DNA of 64,000 bases from Acidimicrobiales bacterium (GTDB lineage: Bacteria > Actinomycetota > Acidimicrobiia > Acidimicrobiales > Aldehydirespiratoraceae). Of this stretch, positions 1 to 11,083 are shown in pieces (position 1 is the stretch's first letter; each line of letters starts with the position of its first letter). The notes beneath the pieces are model-generated. The model was not told the DNA's origin, made no database searches, and was given only the letters and a program-made list of their open reading frames with translations. The translations under genes were made by a program, and so were the position numbers. Where the stretch lies: NCBI GenBank assembly GCA_965200005.1, contig OZ241331.1:463532-527531 (forward strand). The letters are read 5' to 3'.

Positions 1-358
1 TGAGAGAACCACCACCGCTATTGCCGAGAAGCACGATCGTTTCGGCGCCTCGCTCCCGCAACCAGTGCACGCCGGTACCAATGTCAATGAGCGCCCTCTC
101 AAGCAGGAAGTACGGCTCAGCACCCCGGTAGCGAGTGTTCCAACCAAGAAAACCGAACCCTCGCTTCGCAAGCGGCTCCGCCAGATAGTGCTCGCTGAAG
201 TCGATGTTGTAGTGGGTAGCAATCAGCGCCACTCGAGGCGTTGACCCTTCGAGGTGGTGGTACAGCCCCTGGCAAGGGTGCCCTCCCGGGCCCGAGCGAG
301 CCGATCCCGGACTAGCTAGCCCCACAAACTCCTTGACAATCCGCCCAGCTCCCACCAC
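1..358 (-). CDS. alpha/beta-hydrolase-fold protein, N-terminal part only (gene continues past the left edge)
   Basis: Manual minus-strand translation is open from a TGA at 365-367 to nt 2. It reads ...HYNIDFSEHYLAEPLAKRGFGFLGWNTRYRG...ETIVLLGNSGGGSL, ending in a G-x-S-x-G nucleophile elbow. GTG start candidates at 358 and 355. Absent from the ORF track because there is no stop in the window. Confidence 0.45.
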   Translation of the reverse strand, partial: MVGAGRIVKEFVGLASPGSARSGPGGHPCQGLYHHLEGSTPRVALIATHYNIDFSEHYLAEPLAKRGFGFLGWNTRYRGAEPYFLLERALIDIGTGVHWLRERGAETIVLLGNSGGGSL

Positions 359-489
359 AGAACTTCACGCTCCTCTCAAGTGCTCTAGCCACACTCGTAC
401 ACCTGCTTACACCTGCTCACACCCGCCGACACCTGTTCACACGCTGCTCATGAAACCACGGCCACTAGCGCAGCAGTAGGTTTGAAGGC

Positions 490-1284
490 ATGGCACAAAC
501 GCTTGAACGACAGGGTGCCGTAACCCGCTCCGGTGGTGCCGAGCGGGTGCCGCCCCTAAGGAGGCGGCGACGAGAACTGCCGTGGCCGCTGAACATCTAC
601 CAGACTGCCGTCGGCAAGAAGTATGTGATGGCCATTACGGGCCTCGGATTGCTCGGCTTCGTAGTCGTACACATGATCGGCAACCTTCACCTCTACGAAG
701 GCCCCACTCAAATCAATGAATACGCCGAAGCTTTGCGGGATCTCGGCGGTCACCTCGTGCCACGCACACTCATCTTGTGGGTGCTGCGAGTGGGGCTTTT
801 GGCCATGTTCGTGCTGCACATTCACAGCGCCTGGTCTCTCAAGGAAGTAAGTAGGCGCAGCAGCCCTAAAGCGAATTGGGTTAGCGGCAACAAGAAATAC
901 GCCGGTGGGCAAGACTACGCGGCAGTCAATTTCGCAAGCCGCACAATGCGTTGGACGGGCCCCATAATCGGCTTGTATGTGCTGTTCCACCTCGCAGATC
1001 TCACCTGGGGCTGGTGGCTCGGCGACAACTACATACGCGGCGACGTATACCACAATGTCGTTGAGTCACTCTCATCAATTCCGGTTGCTCTCATCTACAT
1101 CGTCGCCAACGTCGCCTTGTCGATTCACATTTACCACGGCCTGTTCTCGGGGTTTCAGTCACTCGGAGTCAACAATCCCAAGTTCAATCACTTACGCCGC
1201 GCGCTCGCCACGATCGTTGCCGGAGTGATCTGTGTCGGCAACCTCAGCTTTCCGATCATGGTGCAAGGGGGATTGATCTCATGA
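490..1284 (+). CDS. sdhC: succinate dehydrogenase / fumarate reductase cytochrome b subunit (b558 family)
   Basis: 264 aa polytopic membrane protein with conserved His residues in the TM helices. ATGA-coupled to the flavoprotein subunit gene immediately downstream. Confidence 0.8.
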   Translation: MAQTLERQGAVTRSGGAERVPPLRRRRRELPWPLNIYQTAVGKKYVMAITGLGLLGFVVVHMIGNLHLYEGPTQINEYAEALRDLGGHLVPRTLILWVLRVGLLAMFVLHIHSAWSLKEVSRRSSPKANWVSGNKKYAGGQDYAAVNFASRTMRWTGPIIGLYVLFHLADLTWGWWLGDNYIRGDVYHNVVESLSSIPVALIYIVANVALSIHIYHGLFSGFQSLGVNNPKFNHLRRALATIVAGVICVGNLSFPIMVQGGLIS

Positions 1285-3200
1285 CCACCCTGGATGCCCG
1301 GATTCCCGAAGGTTCGCTCAACGAGAAGTGGGACAATCACAAGTTCTCAATCAAGCTAGTAAACCCCGCCAACAAGCGTCGGTTCAAGATAATTGTTGTG
1401 GGCACCGGCCTAGCGGGAGCATCAGCAGCCGCTTCACTCGCCGAACTCGGCTACCGAGTCGACGCTTTCACGTTTCACGACTCGCCACGACGTGCTCACT
1501 CAATTGCCGCTCAAGGCGGCATTAATGCAGCCAAGAATTACCGCAACGATGGTGACTCAATCTTCCGCCTGTTCTACGACACGATCAAGGGCGGCGATTA
1601 CCGTTCCCGGGAAGCCAACGTCTACCGGCTCGCTCAGGTGTCGCTGAACATCATTGATCAATGCGCCGCTCAAGGTGTCCCGTTCGCACGTGAATACGGC
1701 GGACTCTTAGCCAACCGGTCATTTGGAGGCGCCCAAGTAAGCCGCACTTTCTATGCCCGAGGCCAGACAGGTCAGCAATTGCTTCTAGGAGCATATCAGG
1801 CACTAGCTGCTCAGATCGCCGCAGGCGGGGTCACGCTGTACAACCGTTGCGAGATGCTTGACGTTGTTGTCAAGGATCAACAGGTTTGTGGGATCATCAC
1901 ACGGGACTTGCTCACTGGAGAGATACAGGCTCACAGTGGTCATGCTGTTGTGTTGGCAACCGGCGGCTACGGCAACGTCTATTACCTGTCAACAAACGCG
2001 ATGAACTGCAATGTCACCGCAGCGTGGCGTGCGCATCGCCGGGGAGCGGCCTTCGCGAACCCGTGTTACACCCAGATCCACCCCACCTGTATCCCAGCAA
2101 GTGATGAGTTCCAATCGAAGCTGACACTCATGTCGGAGTCGTTGCGCAACGACGGTCGTATCTGGGTTCCGAGGGATTCGGATGACAGCCGCTCAGCAGA
2201 CCAGATCGGTGAAGCCGATCGCTATTACTTCCTAGAAGAGAAGTATCCGGCGTTCGGCAATCTGGTGCCTCGAGATGTTGCTTCACGCAACGTGAAGGCT
2301 GCTGTTGATCAGGGGCTCGGAGTCGGGCCTTTGCGCAACGGGGTGTATCTAGATCTGTCTGATGTGATCGTGCGTGACGGTGTACAAGTAGTGCGTGAGA
2401 AGTACGGGAATCTCTTCGATATGTATGAACGGATTACCGGGGAAGACCCGTATCGCACTCCCATGCGTATCTATCCCGCGACCCACTACACAATGGGCGG
2501 TGTTTGGGTTGACTACAACTTGATGACCAGCTTGAAGGGCCTATATGCGCTTGGTGAGTGCAACTTCTCTGATCATGGCGCTAACCGACTCGGTGCATCA
2601 GCTCTGATGCAGGGGCTGGCGGACGGCTATTTCGTGTTGCCATACACGATCGGGGATTACCTTGCGACCCTGCTCGGAACTTCGGTTGTCCCAACCGATG
2701 ATCCGGTATTCCGCAAAGCCGTGGCGGAAGTTGATGATCGCACCCGCAGTTGGCTTGCGAAACGTGGCACCAAGTCGGTCGACTACTACCACCGTGAACT
2801 CGGCAAGCTCGTTTGGGATTACTGCGGTATGGCTCGCAACCGCACCGGTCTTGAGAAGGCGCTAAGCGAGCTTCCAGCTTTGCGTGAAGAGTTCCGATCC
2901 AACGTGAAGGTTTTGGGTTCGGCCGACACGGTGAATCAGTCACTTGAACAAGTAAACCGGGTCGATGACTTCATGGAGTTGGCTGAACTGAAGGTGCGAG
3001 ACGCTCTGCATCGTGAAGAGTCCTGCGGTGGACATTTCCGTGAGGAACACCAAACCTCAGAAGGCGAGGCATTACGTGATGACGACAACTTCGCATACGT
3101 CGCAGCATGGCAATGGCGGGGCAGCGATCAGCCCCAAGAACTCATCAAGGAACCCCTTGAGTTCGAGAACGTCCACCTCTCTCAGAGGAGTTACAAGTGA
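1281..3200 (+). CDS. sdhA: succinate dehydrogenase / fumarate reductase flavoprotein subunit
   Basis: FAD fold [10 protein letters not shown], covalent-FAD His motif [15 protein letters not shown], 639 aa. Operon position between the cytochrome b and Fe-S subunits. Confidence 0.95.
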   Translation: MTTLDARIPEGSLNEKWDNHKFSIKLVNPANKRRFKIIVVGTGLAGASAAASLAELGYRVDAFTFHDSPRRAHSIAAQGGINAAKNYRNDGDSIFRLFYDTIKGGDYRSREANVYRLAQVSLNIIDQCAAQGVPFAREYGGLLANRSFGGAQVSRTFYARGQTGQQLLLGAYQALAAQIAAGGVTLYNRCEMLDVVVKDQQVCGIITRDLLTGEIQAHSGHAVVLATGGYGNVYYLSTNAMNCNVTAAWRAHRRGAAFANPCYTQIHPTCIPASDEFQSKLTLMSESLRNDGRIWVPRDSDDSRSADQIGEADRYYFLEEKYPAFGNLVPRDVASRNVKAAVDQGLGVGPLRNGVYLDLSDVIVRDGVQVVREKYGNLFDMYERITGEDPYRTPMRIYPATHYTMGGVWVDYNLMTSLKGLYALGECNFSDHGANRLGASALMQGLADGYFVLPYTIGDYLATLLGTSVVPTDDPVFRKAVAEVDDRTRSWLAKRGTKSVDYYHRELGKLVWDYCGMARNRTGLEKALSELPALREEFRSNVKVLGSADTVNQSLEQVNRVDDFMELAELKVRDALHREESCGGHFREEHQTSEGEALRDDDNFAYVAAWQWRGSDQPQELIKEPLEFENVHLSQRSYK

Positions 3201-4003
3201 ACGCAGGTGGCAACAGCCAAGTCGGGGGGCATGCCTCGAAGATCCGGCTCAAGCTACGAATCTGGCGCCAGAACGGACCCGACGCTCCCGGTGGGTTCCT
3301 TGATGTCGACGCGCATGACATACCTGTAGATGCATCGTTTCTTGAGATGCTCGACATTGTTAACGAACACCTCATTAACGACGACATTGAACCCGTGGTG
3401 TTTGCCCACGATTGCCGTGAAGGTATCTGTGGAACCTGTGGCGTGGTGATCAACGGGCGCGCTCACGGCCCCGCAAAGGCAACCGCAACTTGTCAGTTAC
3501 ATATGCGCAAGTTCAGCGACGGTGACGAGATCACAATTGAGCCGTTCCGGGCCGCCTCGTTCCCCATCATCAAAGATTTGATGGTCGACCGGCGTGCCTT
3601 CGACCGCATCATCGAATCGGGCGGATACATAACAGCACCCACTGGAACCGCTCCCGATGCCAACGAGATTCCAGTCCCGAAAGACGTTGCGGACTTTGCC
3701 ATGGACGCAGCCGCATGTATCGGCTGTGGTGCATGCGTGGCGGCGTGCCCCAACTCGGCTGCACAACTCTTTACGGCTGCCAAGCTCAGCCATCTCAATG
3801 TGTTGCCTCAGGGTCAGCCAGAGCGCTGGCGTCGCGCCGAGTCAATGGTTGAAACGATGGAGATGTACTTCGGGTCATGCACCAATCACGGCGAATGTCA
3901 CGAGGCGTGTCCTAAAGAGATCAGTCTCGACTTCATCGCACTGTTGAACCGTGACTACGTCAAGGCGAAGATCAAGAACCGTCGCCTCGCTTCACAGACT
4001 TAG
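3197..4003 (+). CDS. sdhB: succinate dehydrogenase / fumarate reductase iron-sulfur subunit
   Basis: 2Fe-2S motif [10 protein letters not shown], 4Fe-4S motif [12 protein letters not shown] and a C-terminal CxxxCP. GTGA overlap with sdhA. Confidence 0.95.
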   Translation: MNAGGNSQVGGHASKIRLKLRIWRQNGPDAPGGFLDVDAHDIPVDASFLEMLDIVNEHLINDDIEPVVFAHDCREGICGTCGVVINGRAHGPAKATATCQLHMRKFSDGDEITIEPFRAASFPIIKDLMVDRRAFDRIIESGGYITAPTGTAPDANEIPVPKDVADFAMDAAACIGCGACVAACPNSAAQLFTAAKLSHLNVLPQGQPERWRRAESMVETMEMYFGSCTNHGECHEACPKEISLDFIALLNRDYVKAKIKNRRLASQT

Positions 4004-4057
4004 CCTCTAGCTAACCCGGCAAACTCACCAGTTGTCTGGTTCTGGCGCGCCCTCGGT

Positions 4058-5056
4058 GTGACTGACACCCCTTCTCCCGGGCATCTTTCAGGCGCTCACG
4101 AAAAGCCCTCACGGCGCTCTCGAGGCGTGACGGTGGGCGTCGGTGTGGCAAGAGGCATCGCCATGGGTGCAGCAGATGTGGTTCCGGGCGTCTCGGGCGG
4201 AACGGTCGCGATTGTGCTCGGTATCTACGAGCGCTTACTCGCCGCTATCCAGTTGATGACAACCGCGGTGATGGCCCTCATACGGGGTCGCTTGAGAGAC
4301 AGTCGTCTCAGGTTGGCTGAGGTGGACTGGTGGTTCTTGCTCCCACTATTTGGTGGAATCGTTGTCACCGTACTGTCTGGTGCTTCGGTGATCGAAACTC
4401 AACTTGAAGAACGACCCGAAGTCATGGCTGGATTGTTCTGTGGGTTGGTCGGGGCATCTGGAGTGTTGTCTTGCCGACTGTTTGATTGGAGCAGGCCTCA
4501 CAGGATCGCCGTTATGACCCTTTCGACCGCGCTCACATTTGCGTTCCTCGGCTTCCAGTCAGCTCCAGTCGTCAACCCGTCACCACTAGTGCTCTTTGGA
4601 GCTGCTGCGGTTGCAGTGTGCGCAATGATCTTGCCCGGTGTAAGTGGTTCGTTCTTGTTGCTGATGCTCGGCATGTACGGAGCGGTGATTCAGATCATCA
4701 CCGACACTCGGTACCTCGATGGCACTGTGTTCATACTGGGTGCGGCTTTGGGGCTCGGATTGTTCTCGACTCTGCTCTCAAAGCTGTTGAAGCGTGCCCG
4801 AGACACAGTTATGGCGGTGATGGTCGGGCTCATGTTCGGATCGCTGCGAGTGCTGTGGCCCTGGCCCCACGGTGTCGGTGTGATCAGCAGAGAACACGAC
4901 CAGGTTGTATCCGGGATCGGGCTTGACTGGCCAGCAGCCAGCGAGTGGTTTGCGCCAACTGTCGCAGCCGCAGTTGGGGTTGTTGTCGTGGTGTGGCTGC
5001 GTCACATTGTCCAAAACGGCATGGCAATCCAGCCGGTTTCAACACCTAAGCCATGA
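4058..5056 (+). CDS. DUF368-family membrane protein (polyprenyl-phosphate transporter family)
   Basis: Duplicated signature VVPGVSGGTVAIVLGIYE and ILPGVSGSFLLLMLGMY in a multi-TM protein. GTG start. Confidence 0.8.
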   Translation: MTDTPSPGHLSGAHEKPSRRSRGVTVGVGVARGIAMGAADVVPGVSGGTVAIVLGIYERLLAAIQLMTTAVMALIRGRLRDSRLRLAEVDWWFLLPLFGGIVVTVLSGASVIETQLEERPEVMAGLFCGLVGASGVLSCRLFDWSRPHRIAVMTLSTALTFAFLGFQSAPVVNPSPLVLFGAAAVAVCAMILPGVSGSFLLLMLGMYGAVIQIITDTRYLDGTVFILGAALGLGLFSTLLSKLLKRARDTVMAVMVGLMFGSLRVLWPWPHGVGVISREHDQVVSGIGLDWPAASEWFAPTVAAAVGVVVVVWLRHIVQNGMAIQPVSTPKP

Positions 5057-5684
5057 TGGTTGAAGGGTCAACGGACTCCAGTGTTTGCGGCTCACCGACA
5101 CTCAGGGCGAGCAGTAGCACCTGAGCGTTGAACTCGACACAGATCGACCGATCAGCAGCCTGTTCTGGAGATTCACCAATAGCTAGCAGGCCGTGATTCT
5201 GCCAGACAACGCCATAGCTATTTCCCATTACTTCGAGCATCTCCACTGCAAACGACTCGCTACGAGTCGGCCGAAACGCCATGATGGGTACTGTGCCGTT
5301 ACCCGATACAAGACCGGTGGTTGTGACCGGCACAATGTCACGTCCGAGCGCACCTAGCGCATTCACGTGCGGCGGCTCGGTGTGAAGCACTGCATCGACA
5401 TCAGGGCGCTGGGCATACACGGTCAGATGGACGACACTGTCCGAGGATGGCTCACGATTGCCACCAATTCGACGACCGGAGGCATCGAGGATTACAAGGT
5501 CGTCGACTGTCATCAAGTTGTACGGGAACGATGTGGGTGTGATCACAATGTTGCCGGTGCGTGGATCACGAGCACTGAGATTGCCCTGATTAGCGGACAC
5601 GAGCGAAGTGCCATCAACCCGCTTCATGGTGCTAACCAGTCGCTGTCGTAGCTCAACTGAGACCAAGTCATCAACTCTGCTCAT
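5046..5684 (-). CDS. class II aldolase/adducin-domain protein
   Basis: GNLSARD..., metal-binding His region VHLTVY...VLHTEPPH and NHGLLAIG. The internal ATG at 5684 gives a 212 aa product typical of the family; the ORF is open back to 5771. Confidence 0.7.
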   Translation of the reverse strand: MSRVDDLVSVELRQRLVSTMKRVDGTSLVSANQGNLSARDPRTGNIVITPTSFPYNLMTVDDLVILDASGRRIGGNREPSSDSVVHLTVYAQRPDVDAVLHTEPPHVNALGALGRDIVPVTTTGLVSGNGTVPIMAFRPTRSESFAVEMLEVMGNSYGVVWQNHGLLAIGESPEQAADRSICVEFNAQVLLLALSVGEPQTLESVDPSTIMA

Positions 5685-5854
5685 CCGCGCCACCACCGGT
5701 CGACAGTCCCTCCAGATAACCAACGACGCTACAAGCTGCCTCGTCAACCTAACTCTGTGGTTTGGCCTCAAGGTTGGTGCTGTTGTACGTTGCCATCGTT
5801 GAGCCGATACCGCTCAAACAGGACTGACACAAACTGACACAAGGGGAAACCAGG

Positions 5855-7009
5855 ATGCGACGGGTCGATGCGGAGGTGGTCGATGCTTACTTCGACCCGG
5901 AGCGCTGCTGCAATCAAGGAAGTCTCGTTCGCCTAGACAACGGAGAGTTGCTGCTCGGCTATAACGAGGAGCGGGGCAAGGTACATGCTGACAGCGGCCG
6001 CGCCTGCGCAATCAAGTCGTCGGACGGGGCAAAGAGTTGGGATCCTGCAACCCGTGTGATTGCCGCCCCTTATACCGACTATTCGGGTAACTGGGACTGT
6101 GCTTTTGCCCAGATCAGCGACGGAACATTGGTCATGCACACCCGTGTTTGTGGCTTCATATCGTCGCCGACAGCCGTGGCAAACCGCATTGACGAGCAAG
6201 CCATGTACAGCAGTCACTCGTCCGTTAAACGTCAGACCGGCTACGCCGTCTATAAGTCTGACGACAACGGCAGTAGCTGGTACGGCCCATTTCCTGTTAG
6301 CACATACCCGATAGCCGACTCAGGTTCCGCCCATTACCTCGCAGGCGGTACGGGTTCAGGCCACGTTGTGGAATTGCCAGATGGTGGTCTGTTGATGCCA
6401 CTCGAGGGGACACTCAGCGCTGACGGCTACGAGAGCGGCGGCGGGCTGTCACGGGAGACATCCCGCTGTTTTGTCTTGCGATCTGACGACCGTGGCAGCA
6501 GCTGGGAACACTGGGGAACCATGGCTTATGACCCCGCCTCGATCATCAACTTCCAGGAACCGTCTCTGACACGCATGTCAAACGGTCGGCTGGTTTCGAT
6601 GCTCCGAGTTCTGTTCCGCCCGTCCCGTTACGACTATCAATGGGTTACCCACTCCGAAGACGATGGCGTGACCTGGGCACCACCTCAGCGGACCCGTCTA
6701 TGGGGGTATCCGGCAGATCTGATCCAACTCCAAGATGGCCGTGTGCTAAGCGTGTACAGCTACCGGGCTCAGCCGATGGGGATAAGGGGATGCACCTCTG
6801 AAGATGGCATCAACTGGGATCCCGGCGACGAGTTCATCATCACCGATTGCCACACTCCGACACGTGAACAGCACCGTCAGTACTGGCACATCGGGTATCC
6901 GACAGTCGTGCAGCTGGACGACGGCACGATCGTGACCGCCTACCACGAGTACACGACCGGTGACGAGCCAATCCAGTACATGAGGAGTGCCCGCTTCAGG
7001 CTCGATTGA
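5855..7009 (+). CDS. BNR/Asp-box repeat (sialidase-fold) protein, no signal peptide
   Basis: Five Asp-box motifs (SSDGAKSW, SDDNGSSW, SDDRGSSW, SEDDGVTW, SEDGINW) spaced as in a 6-bladed propeller. AAGGGGA Shine-Dalgarno sequence before the ATG. Confidence 0.75.
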   Translation: MRRVDAEVVDAYFDPERCCNQGSLVRLDNGELLLGYNEERGKVHADSGRACAIKSSDGAKSWDPATRVIAAPYTDYSGNWDCAFAQISDGTLVMHTRVCGFISSPTAVANRIDEQAMYSSHSSVKRQTGYAVYKSDDNGSSWYGPFPVSTYPIADSGSAHYLAGGTGSGHVVELPDGGLLMPLEGTLSADGYESGGGLSRETSRCFVLRSDDRGSSWEHWGTMAYDPASIINFQEPSLTRMSNGRLVSMLRVLFRPSRYDYQWVTHSEDDGVTWAPPQRTRLWGYPADLIQLQDGRVLSVYSYRAQPMGIRGCTSEDGINWDPGDEFIITDCHTPTREQHRQYWHIGYPTVVQLDDGTIVTAYHEYTTGDEPIQYMRSARFRLD

Positions 7010-7994
7010 GAGTCCAGTCCTGGCACCATCGACAAGCCCGAGGCTGCTGATCGCCGTCGACGCGTTTATCGACAAGCACATCAAGTACCTGGCTAGAGCC
7101 GTGCCAAGCTGGACAGTCTGCGATCGGCTCCCCCAGGACGCACCGGCGGCTACCTACGAACACGCCATGGCAGGTGCCGAAGCCATGATCGGGTGGCCTG
7201 AACCTGCGTTGTTGGCCAAGAGTCCCATCAAACTGCTGCTGCTACCGAGCGTCGGCTACGAAGAGTACGTCACTGAGGAGATACGAGCCCGCAATCTCAC
7301 GATCTGTAATGTCGGCAGCGTTTATTCACAAGGAGTAGCCGAACATTGCGTTGCCATGATGATGGCATTGGCTCGCCGCCTTCCCGAATACACCTCTGCC
7401 AAGAGTCACCGACTGTGGCGACACCTTCACAGACATCAACGATTGTCGGGGGCAACCGTTTGTGTTGTGGGCATGGGCTCGCTGGGATCCGCGATCGCGG
7501 GGCGCTGCGCAGCGCTGGGAATGCAAGTGACTGGTGTCCGACAACACCCGCGCCGACCAAGCCCACCGGCATCAGAAGTGTTTGGGTCGGACGATCTAGC
7601 CACTGCCGTCACTGGAGCAGACTTTGTAGTTGGCGCGCTACCGGGGGGCACCAGCACGGAGAGGCTCATCAGTGCTGAGGTGTTCGCAGCGATGAAGATC
7701 GGGGCCTTCTTTTGCAATGTCGGTCGGGGCAGCTCGGTTGACGAGCATGCTCTGGTCGATCGATTGCTTGACGGATCGCTCGCCGGTGCCGGTCTTGACG
7801 TATTCGCTGAGGAACCACTGCCTCATAACAGTCCGCTGTGGGATCTTCCCACTGTGATCGTGACACCGCACATCGCCGGCTACACGTGGGACTACGCGGA
7901 CGAGCTGTGCGCGGAATTCTCCGCCAACCTGACCCGATATGACAAAGGCGAACGTCTCCACAACAGAGTCGAACTCTCACGGGGCGCTCGCTGA
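6987..7994 (+). CDS. D-isomer-specific 2-hydroxyacid dehydrogenase family protein
   Basis: NAD fold VCVVGMGSLGSAIAGR, catalytic-region motifs NVGRGSSVD and TPHIAG. The exact start is uncertain. Confidence 0.8.
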   Translation: MPASGSIESPVLAPSTSPRLLIAVDAFIDKHIKYLARAVPSWTVCDRLPQDAPAATYEHAMAGAEAMIGWPEPALLAKSPIKLLLLPSVGYEEYVTEEIRARNLTICNVGSVYSQGVAEHCVAMMMALARRLPEYTSAKSHRLWRHLHRHQRLSGATVCVVGMGSLGSAIAGRCAALGMQVTGVRQHPRRPSPPASEVFGSDDLATAVTGADFVVGALPGGTSTERLISAEVFAAMKIGAFFCNVGRGSSVDEHALVDRLLDGSLAGAGLDVFAEEPLPHNSPLWDLPTVIVTPHIAGYTWDYADELCAEFSANLTRYDKGERLHNRVELSRGAR

Positions 7995-8085
7995 GACATG
8001 CAACGCTCGCCTACACCCCCTGGCCTTTCGACACCCCTTGCGAGGATCAGACTCCTCGACGAGTGGGGCTGAAGTTGCAAGACCC

Positions 8086-9210
8086 ATGAAGATCACGGGA
8101 TTGGTCACGAGGGTGCTGGCCCTAGATGCGGCACCGTGGTATGGCGACAGTCCAATACCGCACAATGTGCCGCCCGTGTGGCACTTCCCGCTGAGTTGTG
8201 TCAGCACCGATGAGGGGATTGATGGCTACACGATGGGTTATGGCGCTAACGGGGAAGGAGTCGGAAGCGCGCATCAACTCCATGACGTTTACCTGAGGGC
8301 AATCCTGGGAAGAGATCCTCGCCGCACCGAAGAGTTGTGGCAGGAACTGATGAGACTCAACCGACACCTGTATCCGATGACCGATGGCTTGCTGGGGATG
8401 CTTGACGTTGCTTTCTGGGATATTCGAACCAAAGCCGCGGCACTGCCGATTGCTGAGATGTTGGGTCTGTTCCGCACCAGCATCCCCGCATATCGAACCG
8501 GATCGCACTGGAACTTGACACCTGAAGACACCTTCACCGAGGCACGTTCTGTAAAGCAACGCGGCTACCAGGGCTACAAATTGACGCTCTATGAGGGCCC
8601 CGCTGCCGACATACCGAGGCTGCGCGCTGCACGGCAATCCGTCGGTGACGACTTCCCACTAATGCTTGACGCTGTCAGCGAATACAGCTTCACGCAGGCG
8701 CGCCAAGTTGGTCAAGAACTTGACAACTTAGGGTTCCACTGGTTTGAGGAGCCGGTCCCCGATCGCAACATTGCCACACTCGGTCGGCTGTCATCACAGT
8801 TAAGAACGCCAATCCTGGCAACCGAAACAGTATCCGTGCGCGAGTTGCCCCAGTACTTAACTCCGCGAGTGATTGACCTGGCACGCGGTGATGTATTCGT
8901 CAAGGCTGGCATCACGGGACTCCGCAAGGCGCTCGCCTTGTGTGAACTCGTTGGCATGAACTTAGAGATCCACGCCCTTCACTCGCCGTTACTCGACATA
9001 GCAAACCTGCATGTGGCATGTTCCGTGCGCAACTGCGAGTTCTTCGAGTTACATCACCCGATGTTCCGATTTGCCCTCAAGGGCAACCCCTTAGACATTG
9101 ACCACAACGGAGAACTGCACCTTCCGGAGGCACCCGGATTAGGCGTGCAACTCGATTGGGACTGGATCGACAACCACACAGTCCTCGAACTCTCGGGTCT
9201 TTACTCATGA
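8086..9210 (+). CDS. enolase-superfamily enzyme (mandelate racemase / muconate lactonizing family)
   Basis: N-terminal capping domain starting MKITGL..., then DVAFWDI, LMLDA, WFEEP and TE motifs of the metal-binding barrel. ATG at 8086; the ORF is open from 7939. Confidence 0.8.
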   Translation: MKITGLVTRVLALDAAPWYGDSPIPHNVPPVWHFPLSCVSTDEGIDGYTMGYGANGEGVGSAHQLHDVYLRAILGRDPRRTEELWQELMRLNRHLYPMTDGLLGMLDVAFWDIRTKAAALPIAEMLGLFRTSIPAYRTGSHWNLTPEDTFTEARSVKQRGYQGYKLTLYEGPAADIPRLRAARQSVGDDFPLMLDAVSEYSFTQARQVGQELDNLGFHWFEEPVPDRNIATLGRLSSQLRTPILATETVSVRELPQYLTPRVIDLARGDVFVKAGITGLRKALALCELVGMNLEIHALHSPLLDIANLHVACSVRNCEFFELHHPMFRFALKGNPLDIDHNGELHLPEAPGLGVQLDWDWIDNHTVLELSGLYS

Positions 9211-10043
9211 GAACGAACAACGCCAACTCCCGCCCAAAGTTTGCATTGACTGCTACCGAGATTGAGCGGTTTCACAGCGATGGAGTGCTTGGCCCCTTTC
9301 GCATGGTTAGCCCCGAACACATGGCAGAGATGCGTGAACAGATCATCAGGGACATCATCATCCCGGGGAGTCATGATGACGATCCTCACTTGCACTATCA
9401 CGATCGCCATCTCGATCACGCAGCGGTTTGCCGTCTATGCCGTCGACCCGAGTTAGTGGAGAGGATCGCCGCACTAATCGGTCCTGACCTGTTGATCTGG
9501 CGTAGCAACTTCCAGCTCAAGCAGCCCCTTGACGAGGCTTCTGGTGACGAGAGGCGCTATGTAGAAGTGCCATGGCATTCCGACGCCGCCTACTTTGATC
9601 TCCGACCCCCAGTGCTCGTCTCCGCCTGGATTGCCATTACTGAGGCGACCATGGCCAACGGTTGCCTCCAGGTGGTAGCGGGATCACACCTCCGCACCTA
9701 TCACCACGATGTGGACGCGACTCTCACTTCATTTCATCAGTCGGTTCCGGTCAATGCAATCGACCCGGACGCGGTTCGAAGTCTTGAAATGGAGCCGGGT
9801 GAGTTTGTGCTTTTCGACGGGAACATACTGCACGGGTCCGGACCCAACCTGACTGGTCACCAACGCATTGCGCTTTCGCCACGAATCACAGTCCCGTTTG
9901 TGCGAGTGACAGGCAACCCCCTATACGCGGGTAGGGACCGTTCTCGGCACGCGCCCGATGAACCACGCGAGGTCGTGATCATGCGCGGCCACGACTACAC
10001 GGGCCGCCACCATGTCGTCAAATGGCCTTGCTCTGCCGATTAG
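9207..10043 (+). CDS. phytanoyl-CoA dioxygenase (PhyH) family Fe(II)/2-oxoglutarate oxygenase
   Basis: FHSDGVLGPF start region, WHSD (HxD iron ligands) and distal HGSGPN. The ATG at 9207 overlaps the upstream stop (ATGA). Confidence 0.75.
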   Translation: MRTNNANSRPKFALTATEIERFHSDGVLGPFRMVSPEHMAEMREQIIRDIIIPGSHDDDPHLHYHDRHLDHAAVCRLCRRPELVERIAALIGPDLLIWRSNFQLKQPLDEASGDERRYVEVPWHSDAAYFDLRPPVLVSAWIAITEATMANGCLQVVAGSHLRTYHHDVDATLTSFHQSVPVNAIDPDAVRSLEMEPGEFVLFDGNILHGSGPNLTGHQRIALSPRITVPFVRVTGNPLYAGRDRSRHAPDEPREVVIMRGHDYTGRHHVVKWPCSAD

Positions 10044-10090
10044 GGCACATAAGTGCAAACCGAGAGGCGATTGATCGACGAAGTCGTCCC

Positions 10091-11071
10091 TCAAGTTGTG
10101 GTTGTGCCAACGTCGACAACGTTTGGTGTGCCGATTGCGTGCAACATGGCGCGGGCACGGTCACGGTAGAGATCCCGGATGTCGCGAGTCGGTGGACGGC
10201 TACGACTTGACGGCAGCCCTACTAGCTCCATGCACAACTTGTCGAGGTGTCCGTCACCGCTGGTGTAGCTCTCCATCTCGGCCCACATTCGCATGAATGG
10301 CAAGACCACTTTCACCAGTTCGTGTTGTGCCTCTACGTAGCGATGATCATTAAGCATCTGCCACATTTTCACGCCCCAATCAGGCCAGAAGTTGCAGATG
10401 TGAATTTCGATACCACGAGCGCCAAGCATGTGACTGGTAGCGAAACGCAACTGGTTGTCAATGATGCAGAAGCGGTCGGAGTAGTCAGCGACCACACCTT
10501 CAAACTCCATGAAACCGCTGTCAGGCATCGACCACTTGAGCCCTACGACTGTGGGAAGTGCAGCGAGACGCTCAATCAAAGCATTGGAGATCTCGAGGCT
10601 TGTCCAATGCGTGTTGTAGACAACTAAGCCAACGTCGGAGACAGCGGTAGCAGCTTCGACATGTTCGAGAAAGTCATCGTCGGTGTGAGCGAAATAGAAA
10701 GGCGGTGAGATCTGCATGTACTCCGCACCGATCTCCGCCGCAGCACGGGCAAGCCGCACGAGTTCGTTCGTGCTAGTGGTCTGGCCGCCCATGACCACCG
10801 GTACCCGACCATCGGCCGCCTCAACAACCACAGCCGTAACCGCAACCCGCTCATCGAAGGTCATGGTCGAGAAGTCGCCGGCCGCACCGCAAGCCAACAA
10901 CACCCCGTTACCGGTCGTAATCCCACCGTCGATGAGGAACCGCACATGCTGGCGGACGGCTTCAAGGTCAACCGACAGAGCGTCGTCGTCTCGAAACATA
11001 GTGGGAACGGTTACGTAGCAACCCTGCAAACGCTCACGAAGTTCATTCTTGACGGTCACCTGATCCTCCAT
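10091..11071 (-). CDS. dihydrodipicolinate synthase / N-acetylneuraminate lyase family (DapA-like) enzyme
   Basis: TIM-barrel family pattern TVPTMF...GGITTGNGVLLACGAAGDF...VVMGG...ISPPFY. 326 aa. Confidence 0.8.
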   Translation of the reverse strand: MEDQVTVKNELRERLQGCYVTVPTMFRDDDALSVDLEAVRQHVRFLIDGGITTGNGVLLACGAAGDFSTMTFDERVAVTAVVVEAADGRVPVVMGGQTTSTNELVRLARAAAEIGAEYMQISPPFYFAHTDDDFLEHVEAATAVSDVGLVVYNTHWTSLEISNALIERLAALPTVVGLKWSMPDSGFMEFEGVVADYSDRFCIIDNQLRFATSHMLGARGIEIHICNFWPDWGVKMWQMLNDHRYVEAQHELVKVVLPFMRMWAEMESYTSGDGHLDKLCMELVGLPSSRSRPPTRDIRDLYRDRARAMLHAIGTPNVVDVGTTTT

Positions 11072-11083
11072 CCGACCACCACG